From positions 62,001-126,000 of the forward strand of contig NW_025765195.1 in the NCBI RefSeq assembly GCF_003918875.1: a DNA stretch of 64,000 nt, written 5' to 3'. The notes under the pieces were generated by a model. The model did no database searches, was not told where the DNA came from, and was given only the letters and a program-made list of their open reading frames with translations. The DNA comes from Haliotis rubra (lineage: Eukaryota). The translations under genes were made by a program, and so were the position numbers. Shown piece by piece: positions 38,801 through 50,800 of this stretch. Every line of letters begins with the position of its first letter. The stretch's first letter is position 1.

Positions 38801-41800
38801 GTACATCTACACAAATCCTACTGTCTCTCAATGACTCTTATTTCTCCCACAGAACACATTAATTGCTGCTGGCAATAGGTTTCCTTTGTATGCAGAAATG
38901 TATGTTTGACAGCTTTTGCAATGTTATGATGGTGAATGGGTTCTGCATTTCCAGTATACTGGAGCCATGCAGCAGTTCTGCTCCTCATAGATCTGAGACA
39001 GAGACTGCAACACCTCTTCAGCAGCACTACAGTGTCCATGAAGCAGGCATGGAAATCTGTTGCAGATCGGATGAGTGAAAAGGGTTTTCACTTCACAGGA
39101 CCTGAATGTGACAGGAAATTCCGCAGCATGAAGTCAAGGTATTTTAAATCATGCACTAGTTGCAGCATTACAGCTGAATTTTCAATGTCAATATATGCTC
39201 ACTGAATAGGCACACACTTGTTAATGTTGGGAACACAACAAACCTATTCTTATCCACATATTGAGACATCCGACATGATGGATCTATGAAAATACAGTAA
39301 CAACAGAACAGAACAGGATGATGCTTTCATCTGTTCAATGCAATGTTGTTAGCACACTACATGCTTCACTTACATACAATTGGAAGCGTATACTGACTAC
39401 GACTCATCCAAATGCACCTTTCTCATTGTTGGTTGATTTCTATCACCATCAAGAATATTGACTTATCAGAGATTGACACAATAGAACGGAACTGGACTAA
39501 TTATGAGCTTGCATGTGCCATTCATTTTGATATTCCTCTCACATTAATGACATAATTTTAATGTCCAGACACCGGACCATTGTGGGGCGCAACAAGACAA
39601 CTGGGAGTGGCCGATCAACATGGCGCTATTTCTCAGTAATGGAACATCTCACACAGGGCGACCCTGCAGTGGAGCCACTCGCTCCTGTTGGTAGCTTGCC
39701 CACCACACATACACAGGAGAGGAGTAGTGTGGATGGGGAAACAGTGGCAGAAGAACCCCCAGCTACTGCAGCTCCCAGACGGAGGAGATCCTCATCCGGT
39801 GACAGGATGGAGTCAGCAATCACTGCTCTGAGGAGAGACCTCCTCACCATGCATCAGGAGAGGATGGAGCTAGAGACTAGGAGGGTGGTGGCGTTGGAGA
39901 GTATTGCGCAATTCTTGAAAGAAAAACATAAATAAAGTCATCATCATTGCACATGTACCTTGTTCAGTCATTCTTTTATTCATTTTGACATTTAAAGTAA
40001 TCAGTACTCGTCATGCATGGACATTCAGTGGCCATCGTTATGTCTTTCACACAAAAACTTCTAAATGTACACGTGTCTTTTCCATCTGCTGTGGACATTA
40101 TCAGTCTATGACAGCAGTTGCGTTATCTATTGTCTTTTGTTCACACCCGACTGGTGCTCACTGGGTGAAGTTCCTGTTGTGCCCTCAGTGTCCGTCCCAT
40201 CCACATCAATGTCCTCATCCACAAATGACTCCCTGTTGATGACAAAGTTATGCAGGACACAGCATGTCACAATGACTAATGGGATTTCTCGGACGTTCCT
40301 CATGTCCAAATATTTCAGTTTGCGAAATCTGCCCTTCAGTAGTCCGAAACACCGTTCGATATCGACTCTTGTTGAGCTGTGAACTGAATTGTACCTCTTC
40401 TCGTCGGCAGTCAGGTGGCCGTTGTCCCTATACGGCACAAGCAAATAAGTTAACAAGGCATATGCAGAATCACCAAGAAGGTGATACTCCTCGGGTAATG
40501 GTTCATTCGCCAATAAATTTGCTATTGGAGAGTTTTTGAATACACGAGAGTCGTGTACAGATCCAGGATATGCAGCAAATACATCCAAAAATTTGAGTTT
40601 GTTGTCACACACACCCTGTAAATGAAATGCGGGAAATCCTTTTCTGCATATGTAGGAGTCTCTGAAATCACGAGGTCCTGGAATGGGAATGTATGTTCCA
40701 TCAAGACAACCAATGGCTCCAGGAAATCCATATTTTACAGCATTCTGTTCAGCAATGGCTCTATATTCCTCTTTCCGAGGCCATGTAATTTGCCTGGGTA
40801 GAATATCTTCACTGGTCATTGTCCTACAGAAGTTCATCAGGTAGTACCGTAAGGAACCCTTGCTCATGCCAAAACGATCCACGACATTTCGGAAGGTCTC
40901 TTGATTGCTGACATACCAGAGGCAAGCCAGCGTTCTCCTCTCCAGACTGATGTTTTTGACTTCAGTGTGCGGTCCAATGAGTTCCAGCAAGTCCTGAGCA
41001 CAGAAAAATTATTTCATAGTAACAACATGTTGTTTTACATGAAGCGCATAATTCAATTTATGTATCATGCTTTCGAACACTGTCATAGACAGCATGTGTT
41101 TATTCAAATTTCTTTGCAAGCAATGACACACATGCAGGGATGTGGATTATCGGTACTTGGCTCAAATGGTTCATATCGTGTATCATTATCGTACATATTT
41201 CATCAATGTCGACATGAACATTTACCTCAAACATATCGATATCAATTTGTATCATGCAATGAACAGACATTTCCTCACATGAATACATTTTGTCAATCGT
41301 GGCACCAGTTTCCGCAAACAAAACAAAAAACTGGAGCTCACAGGCATGCATGTATTCAGTCAGTAACTTATTTACCTGAAAGGATGCTCTCGTCATCCTG
41401 AAGTGGGCTCGAAACAGAGGATCGCTGTAGCGGGGCACCGTTTCTTCTACGTAAATTTCAATACGGTTGGTTCCCAGGAGCTTCTCATGTCTCATCACAG
41501 CGTTGTGTTCCTAAATGGTTAATGCAGCAGACACTGCATTATCACAATATGATGTATCCATCGGTTCAGATAGTTCGCTTATTGCTACTTCCAACACACA
41601 CTCTTCTTCCAGTTGCGCCGCCATTTTGTTTGTTGTCACCGAGCGCTCGTGTCCGTTCAGGGCCTATGCGAGCGTTCGCGGGAGGCAATCGCGCGGGCGC
41701 TCGCGGTTCTGAACACGCCTGAGGTGTTGTACTATAGCAGTGTTCCCACCCTGACAGGCAAGATGAAGTAAACTATCACCAGATGTAGACACCAGTGTCA

Positions 41801-44800
41801 GGTCAGCTTGGTTGGACACAAGGAGGTCAAACATACTTTGATGTCCACTGACAGCTGCCATCATCGCTGGCGTCCAGCCATGCATCCCTCTACTGTTGAT
41901 GTTAGAAGGAGACAGGAGGGGTTGTACTATAGCAGTGTTCCCACCACGACAGGCAAGATGAAGTAAACTATCACCAGATGTATCCACCAGTGTCAGGTCA
42001 GCTTGGTTGGACACAAGGAGGTCAAACACACTTTGATGTCCACTGACAGCTGCCACCATGGCAGGCGTCCTTTCAAGCTGACCTCTACTGTTGATGTTAG
42101 AGGGAGAAAGGAGGTGTTGTACTATAGCAGTGTTCCCACCCTGACAGGCAAGATGAAGTAAACTATCACCAGATGTAGACACCAGTGTCAGGTCAGCTTG
42201 GTTGGACACAAGGAGGTCAAACATACTTTTATGTCCACTGACAGCTGCCATCATCGCTGGCGTCCAGCCATGCATCCCTCTACTGTTGATGTTAGAAGGA
42301 GACAGGAGGGGTTGTACTATAGCAGTGTTCCCACCCTGACAGGCAAGATGAAGTAAACTATCACCAGATGTAGACACCAGTGTCAGGTCAGCTTGGTTGG
42401 ACACAAGGAGGTCAAACACACTTTGATGTCCACTGACAGCTGCCACCATGGCAGGCGTCCTTTCAAGCTGACCTCTACTGTTGATGTTTGAAGGAGACAG
42501 GAGGTGTTGTACTATAGCAGTGTTCCCACCACAACAGGCAACATGAAGTAAACTATCACCAGATGTAGACACCAGTGTCAGGTCAGCTTGGTTGGACACA
42601 AGGAGGTCAAACATACTTTGATGTCCACTGACAGCTGCCATCATCGCTGGCGTCAAGCCATGCATCCCTCTACTGTTGATGTTAGAAGGAGACAGGAGGG
42701 GTTGTACTATAGCAGTGTTCCCACCCTGACAGGCAAGATGAAGTAAACTATCACCAGATGTAGACACCAGTGTCAGGTCAGCTTGGTTGGACACAAGGAG
42801 GTCAAACACACTTTGATGTCCACTGACAGCTGCCACCATGGCAGGCGTCCTTTCAAGCTGACCTCTACTGTTGATGTTTGAAGGAGACAGGAGGTGTTGT
42901 ACTATAGCAGTGTTCCCACCACAACAGGCAACATGAAGTAAACTATCACCAGATGTAGACACCAGTGTCAGGTCAGCTTGGTTGGACACAAGGAGGTCAA
43001 ACACGCTTTGATGTCCACTGACAGCTGCCATCATCGCTGGCGTCCAGCCATGCATCCCTCTACTGTTGATGTTAGAAGGAGACAGGAGGTGTTGTGCTAT
43101 AGTAGTGTTCCCACCCTGACAGGCAAGATGAAGTAAACTATCACCAGATGTATCCACCAGTGTCAGGTCAGCTTGGTTGGACACAAGGAGGTCAAACACA
43201 CTTTGATGTCCACTGACAGCTGCCACCATGGCAGGCGTCCTTTCAAGCTGACCTCTACTGTTGATGTTTGAAGGAGACAGGAGGTGTTGTACTATAGCAG
43301 TGTTCCCACCCTGACAGGCAAGATGAAGTAAACTATCACCAGATGTAGACACCAGTGTCAGGTCAGCTTGGTTGGACACAAGGAGGTCAAACACGCTTTG
43401 ATGTCCACTGACAGCTGCCATCATCGCTGGCGTCCAGCCATGCATCCCTCTACTGTTGATGTTAGAAGGAGACAGGAGGTGTTGTGCTATAGTAGTGTTC
43501 CCACCACGACAGGCAAGATGAAGTAAACAATCACCAGATATATCTACCAGTGTCAGGTCAGCTTGGTTGGACACAAGGAGGTCAAACACACTTTGATGTC
43601 CACCGACAGCTGCCATCATCGCTGGCGTCCAGCCATGCACCCCTCTACTGTTGATGTTAGAAGGAGACAGGAGGTGTTGTACTATAGCAGTGTTCCCACC
43701 CTGACAGGCAAGATGAAGTAAACTATCACCATATGTAGACACCAGTGTCAGGTCAGCTTGGTTGGACACAAGGAGGTCAAACACACTTTGATGTCCACTG
43801 ACAGCTGCCATCATCGCTGGCGTCCTGCCATGCATCCCTCTACTGTTGATGATAGAAGGAGACAGGAGGTGTTGTACTATAGCAGTGTTCCCACCCTGAC
43901 AGGCAAGATGAAGTAAACTATCACCATATGTAGACACCAGTGTCAGGTCAGCTTGGTTGGACACAAGGAGGTCAAACACACTTTGATGTCCACTGACAGC
44001 TGCCATCATCGCTGGCGTCCTGCCATGCATCCCTCTACTGTTGATGATAGAAGGCGACAGGAGGTGTTGCACTATGGCAGTGTACCCACCCTGACAGGCA
44101 AGATGAAGTAAACTATCACCAGATATATCTACCAGTGTCAGGTCAGCTTGGTTGGACACAAGGAGGTCAAACACACTTTGATGTCCACCGACAGCTGCCA
44201 CCATGGCAGGCGTCCAGCCATGCATCCCTCTACTGTTGATGTTAGAAGGAGACAGGAGGTGTTGTACTATAGCAGTGTTCCCACCCTGACAGGCAAGATG
44301 AAGTAAACTATCACCAGATGTATCCAGCAGTGTCAGGTCAGCTTGGTTGGACACAAGGAGGTCAAACACACTTTGATGTCCACTGACAGCTGCCTTCATT
44401 GCTGGAGTCCTTCCATGTGTCCCTCTACTGTTGATGTTAGAAGGAGACAGGAGGTGTTGTACTATAGCAGTGTTCCCACCCTGACAGGCAAGATGAAGTA
44501 AACTATCACCAGATGTATACAGCAGTGTCAGGTCAGCTTGGATGGACACAAGGAGGTCAAACACACTTTGATGTCCACTGACAGCTGCCACCATTACTGG
44601 TGTCCAGCCATACTCACCTCTACTGTTGATGTTAGAGGGAGACAGGAGGTGTTGTAGTATAGCAGTGTTCCCACCACGACAGGCAAGATGAAGTAAACTA
44701 TCACCAGATGTAGACACCAGTGTCAGGTCAGCTTGGTTGGACACAAGGAGGTTAAACACACTTTGATGTCCACTGACAGCTGCCTTCATTGCTGGCGTCC

Positions 44801-47800
44801 ATCCATGTCTCCCTCTACTGTTGATGTTTGAAGGAGACAGGAGGTGTTGAACAACAGTAGTGTTCCCACCCTGACAGGCAAGATGAAGTAAACTATCACC
44901 ATGTGTATCAACCAGTGTCGGGTCAGCTTGGTTTGACACAAGGAGGTCAAACACACTTTGATGTCCACTGACAGCTGCCTTCATCAGTGGCGTCCATCCA
45001 TGTGTCCATCTACTGTTGATGTTAGAGGGGGACAGGAGGTGTTGTACTATAGCAGTGTTCCCACCCTGACAGGCAAGATAAAGTAAACTATCACCATATG
45101 TATCCACCAGTGTCAGATCAGCTTGGTTGGACACAAGGAGGTCAAACACACTTTGATGTCCATTGACAGCTGCCTTCATCAGTGGCGTCCAGCCATGTCT
45201 CCCTCTACTGTTGATGTTAGAAGGAGACAGGAGGTGTTGAACTATAGCAGTGTTCCCACCACGACAGGCAAGATGAAGTAAACTATCACCAGATGTATCC
45301 ACCAGTGTCAGGTCAGCATGGTTGGACACAAGGAGGTCAAACACACTTTGATGTCCACTGACAGCTGCCATCATCGCTGGCGTCCAGCCATGCATCCCTC
45401 TACTGTTGTAGTTAGAGTGAGACAGGAGGTGTTGTGCTATAGCAGTGTTCCCACCCTGACAGGCAAGATGAAGTAAACTATCACCAGATGTAGACACCAG
45501 TGTCAGGTCAGCTTGGTTGGACACAAGGAGGTCAAACACACTTTGATGTCCACTGACAGCTGCCACCATTACTGGTGTCCAGCCATACTCACCTCTACTG
45601 TTGATGTTAGAGGGAGACAGGAGGTGTTGAACTATAGCAGTGTTCCCACCCTGACAGGCAAGATGAATAATTCCATAGCAATATTTATCTTTCACATTCA
45701 AGTCTGATATTTTCCGTAGTAGCTCAAAACAACCATCTGATGCTGAAATTGCTGTAACCATGACAGGGGTTCGGCCATTCACATCAGCAGAGTTTATAAC
45801 ATTATCTCCAGGTTTCCTATCTAACAGGATTTTCAGGGATGTTTCCATTCCTATCTTACAAACCAGATGGAAGATGTTTTGAAAGTCCTTGTCTCTCGTG
45901 TTAACATCAGCACCTTCCTGGAGCAGATACACTAGAATATCGGAGCTGCCATTTTCCGCAGCTTGCAACAAGAGTCTGTTCAGTGTCAATTGTTGAACTG
46001 GTTTTTCAGAGCGAGTGAAGAGCCATTTCAATACTGTCACATTGTTGCTTTGTGCACACCCTTCCATAGCTTGACTGATCTCCTCTTGAGTGAACTCTTC
46101 TCCAGTTGTGTGTTCAATATCTGTAACTAGAAGTGCATTATGTCCAAGAACTGCCCAGTACAGAAAACATTTTCTTTTCTCTCTCCTGTGAAACCAAAGT
46201 TCATCTTTAGAATCAGTTTGATTATGCGGATGGTGGTGCTTTGTCCCATCACACTGAAGTTTGTTGAGCAGTTTTAAAGCTGTTGTGTCTCGTTTGAGAA
46301 CTGGATGTGTCACTGATTGAGAAAACTTTCCTTGTTTAATAGAATGTGCAAACCTTGTGGTAAGTAGGTCATCATAATTATCTGAGACATATATCAGATG
46401 GAGATGGTCATCAATTTTAGTTTCTTCAACCTTTTTACCTTGAACTCTTTCAAACAGAAAGTCATCACTACAGTTCTTCAAAACAAAGACTGGACTGATA
46501 TTGTACAAGGCACAGGCACAAGCATCATAGATTGAAGAATGGGCAAAGCCAACAGTGTCTCCTCTAGTGAAGAATGTACCTCTGAGACTTTTAGCTGCTT
46601 TGTACATGTCTGAACGTGTAGCTTTTGGCATCAGGTCTTGAACAGTTTTGACCATCATGTCCATTTCCTTGTCTTTATCTCCACTGTCTAACCTGGTCAG
46701 ATTCAATTTGTCTTCACACAGCAGCATCAGAACCAATATGGCCGATCTATCATTTCTATCTTCAAGTAACTGCTTTAGTTCTAATCTAAGATAAAATAGT
46801 GGTTCCTTGAAAAATGAATTTGCATTTTTAAAGAAAGAGGAAAATTCAAAACAAAGTTTACAAATGAGAGGAAATCCAAAAATGTTGGAACAGATTTCCA
46901 GCTCATTGTAATCTGGAATATGTTGCACAGAGCTGTCACCAAAGGCACGTTTATGTTGTTCATATATTGACTTTTTCTCTTTGTCAGAAAGCCTGTATTG
47001 TTCTTGTTTTTGTTAAGTCCACTACTGTTCGATCTCTTTGAACAATTTCAAACCCTCATACTGCAGTTTTTTGCAAGTCCATCGTGGAAATTGTATGATT
47101 TTGATGTGAAGACAACATGAATATCCTTTTGTTTGAGATTCTTTTAAATGTTGCATTTTCTTTCTGGATTCTTCAACAGGATCAACTGTTTTCACTCAAT
47201 TCTGACCGTTTTTCTTCTGCTTTTTGCTTTTTGTTTTAATTGTGGGAGAAGATTATTGAGAAAGTTTTTAACCTGTGAAGTATTAGCAGATACTCCAACT
47301 GTACCAAACAAATCATCCACAATGAGGAATACTTTTGAGTAAGTACTAAGACAGCGGTCAAAGTCAAACTTCTTAAGGCTGTCCACAAACACGACTTCGT
47401 ACCCCTTTTGTCTATACCTTGAACCCAGCATCAGAGCCATTGTTGTCTTGCCCTCTCCTGAAGCACCACAGATAGTCACATGACCAAATTCCTTCAATTT
47501 CTGTTTCACTTTTCTGTAGGCTTCAGTTGGAGCAAAAATCTTCCTTGCTTCATCTGTGCGTAAATCAAGGGTATCTGAAGGAATACAAAAACTGTTCACC
47601 ACACCAGGAAATACTAGGATGTTCACATAAAATGACAAAATATTTACCTATTTCATTGTGGTTGGAACCTTTTAGTCTTAATGACTGGAGATAGCTTCAT
47701 CTAGAACGCTGCCACAGTACTTTAAACTGAACAGGAAACACCTCTGTATTCTGACAAATGATTATGATTGTTGCACTGGTACGTGCTGCAGAACAAATAT

Positions 47801-50800
47801 AGCGAAACAAGAAGACATTTTCATAAATATCCCCTGCCAGTGTTCTGTTCCTATTAGCTCTGGGTTTTTTAACCCCACCACGACATACATGTCCTGAAAA
47901 CACATACATTTGGTTTCCCTATTTATTTGTATGACAGTTACTGAGAATTTCTGTTCCCATTGGGGATACCATGCACCGTCAAGTAAAAATGACAACGGCC
48001 ATAACTCTGTAAACAAATTGTAACACAGTTTCCGTTTTCAAAGTCCATCAAGGCATTCATGTCCTGAAAACACATACCGAAGTTGGTTTCCCTATCTATA
48101 ACGGTTTGAGAAAATCTGTCCCCATCAGCTCGGATATATGGACGGAGCTCAAATCTATATCCCCCTTCCACTTCAAGGCGGGAGATAATAAACACAGCTT
48201 GTGTGACAACTGTCTTCATTCATTGTTCCTAGGTAACCATACACAACATTATTCATTAAGAACTGAATGTCAGTTTTGATGGGTTCATCGCAGAGTGAAT
48301 GACTTGCATGTACTGTTTAAACTGTTTGAACCTCCTAGCTTGTGAGGAAAATGGCAAAATTTCACGTGATCAATTTCAAACAAAAATTCAACAGTTTGTG
48401 AAGTTTTCTCTTTGGTTATAGGTGTGTAAATCCAAATGGTAATAGTCTTGAACAAGATCTGGTCACTTACTGACCCTTCCTCCATCAACACTCACCTCTC
48501 CCCAGTGTTCCTTGTCCTGCCCCTCCAGTGACGATGTTGAGAATGTTGGCAGCTTGGGCATTCCCTGAACGCTGTTCACCTGTCAACACCAACCAGGAGG
48601 AAGAATCATCAGTAACCATGGTAACCATGGTAACAATGGTGTTTTCTTTCCACACTGAATAAAATATTTAATAATGTTGCAGAGCTTAAGAGTTCGGTGA
48701 ACATCATTCCAAAGATCCAGCTCAATCGATCTGGTCTTCTCTTCATCATAAAACTTACCAACTGATAACAACAGTTGATGATCAAAACATGTTCATCATG
48801 AATCAGGGTAAGATTCTTCACATTTAGTTCGAGAAGTAGAGACATTCTACTATACTCTGTGAAATCAGAGGGTCAAGGTACTTGTATGAGAAAGCTGTAC
48901 CACAAATTCAGCTGCTCAACTATCACTTGCTTTGATTTGCTATAGTTGAAAACATGGCTGCCCTGAACCTTGTCATTTCAATACCCTTCCTCAAGGAAGG
49001 CATATACCAATCTAAACAATGATGTGTATTAAACATAAGAGCATTTTCAAACTGTAAGTATGATAGTAACCAAATCTGAGAATCACTGGTATTATGATTT
49101 CCTGAGTTTACATGGGGCTGCTTAGCAAGACGAATTCTGTGTGAAGTCTGTACTGCAAGATAATGATCATTCGTGACCAACTCGTGTTATTCCGGGACAA
49201 GCCGAATAGCGACTCGTGCCCCTCTGGAAGGATTTCATATTGAACATCAGAACTACTTTAAACAAGAATGATAATTCTATTCCTGTTTGATGCCAATGGT
49301 ACTTAAAATCACCGAAGCACTCGTACATTGTATTGCTGTTTTTGTTTTTACTTATTTATTTTAAAGAACTAAACCTCTTTGATACAACTAAAACGATAAA
49401 AACATATTCTAAAGACATATTCTGACTTAATTATTACCAGCTGTTCCCCCCAGAGGAAATAATAAACAAATTTCAACAAGCCTGTTTCAAATTTGTATGG
49501 AAAGACAAACCTGATAAAATTAAAAGAGATGTAATTGCTATGCCACCTGAATATGAAGGAATTAGTGTCCCACTCATCAAGAATATTATTTATGCACACA
49601 AATATCATGGCTGAAGAGATTATATTCCAATAGCTGCAGATCGAGAGATGTACTCTCTGCATGCGGATTATATTTACAAAAGCAATATAAGACACTTAGC
49701 TCAATTGACATGTTAAACCAATGTATTTGGTTTAATTATATGTTTAACATAGGTAACGAGACAATGTTTATAAACAGTTGGTACAATGCAGGAATGCACT
49801 TTATTTATGACCTAATGAACCCAACTACAGGGGAATTCTATACTTATGAAGAACTACAAAAAAAATATATCAAGTTACAACATATATCTTAAGATATCAT
49901 AGTAGCAAATCTTCCATAATTGCCTGCTTAAAGAGAAGAAAATCACTCTTCCCAAAACACTACCATTTTCTCCAATACTACCACTCAATATATCCAAACT
50001 TAGTCTAAGGGTTAAAGGCTCCAAAACCTTTCATCTTTCTCTACTAGACCCCAATTACACTAAATCATATGCACATAAAGAGAGGGAAAGAGTCTTTGAA
50101 ACACAGCATGATAACACACTAACATCAGACACACGTTACTCACGTCGCTCGTATGATATGTTGATACGTTTAGACGACAATGGAGATATTAACTGGGCTT
50201 CGGCAGTACAATCAATATTATTTCAACATGGCTTTGCTAGAGTATGGATATATCAAAATATTGGAAACTGGGAATTGTTTTTAAATCTTTTCAAACAACG
50301 TTGTAAAGACATGTACTATCAAGAATGGACACAAGATATAAGAAACTCAAAATCATTACATTTGAATTCTGCCTTTAAATCTGATATTGTTCCGGAATTG
50401 TATTTGATTGCACTCTCTTCGTTACATCTGCGCAGAGTCTTAACAAAATTCAGATGCGGCTCCACCAATTTGAAAATAGTTTCATATAGAAGATCTTAAG
50501 ACAATGACATTAGTGTAGCTATGTGCGATTATTGTAAAAGCGTACCAGAAGATGTGTATCATGTGTTAATGAAATATCCTTTATATGTAGCGGTAAGAAC
50601 TCACTACATACCAAGTATCTGTATTATGAACCCAAATAAACAATTTTTTTTACATCTTCCAAATACTAAGAACCATAATATCCTACTCCGTCTAGCAATT
50701 TTTGTAAACAAAATCATGTCGATGTGCTCTGAAAAAGTTTGATCTAAGTTGTCATTTTGTACTAATGGCCTCATGGCCACATTCATGAAATAAACCTGTC

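Larger units (their letters stand above)
36014..41720. mobile_element. Full-length PIF/Harbinger DNA transposon, 5707 bp
   Basis: Perfect 29-bp TIRs AGGCGTGTTCAGAACCGCGAGCGCCCGCG at 36014-36042 and 41692-41720. TSD GAG at 36011-36013 and 41721-41723. Removing the element and one GAG restores the ankyrin unit sequence GACAGGAGGTGTTGT. It contains convergent DDE transposase and Myb/SANT genes. Confidence 0.97.

Noticed and set aside
40127-40990. Domesticated host HARBI1 gene
   Set aside because: It lies within TIRs and a TSD, has a Myb partner and carries nonsense codons, so it is a transposon gene.
41664-46928. Bacterial endosymbiont ankyrin effector or horizontal transfer
   Set aside because: Spliceosomal introns upstream and host SINE/LINE context on both sides support a native gene.
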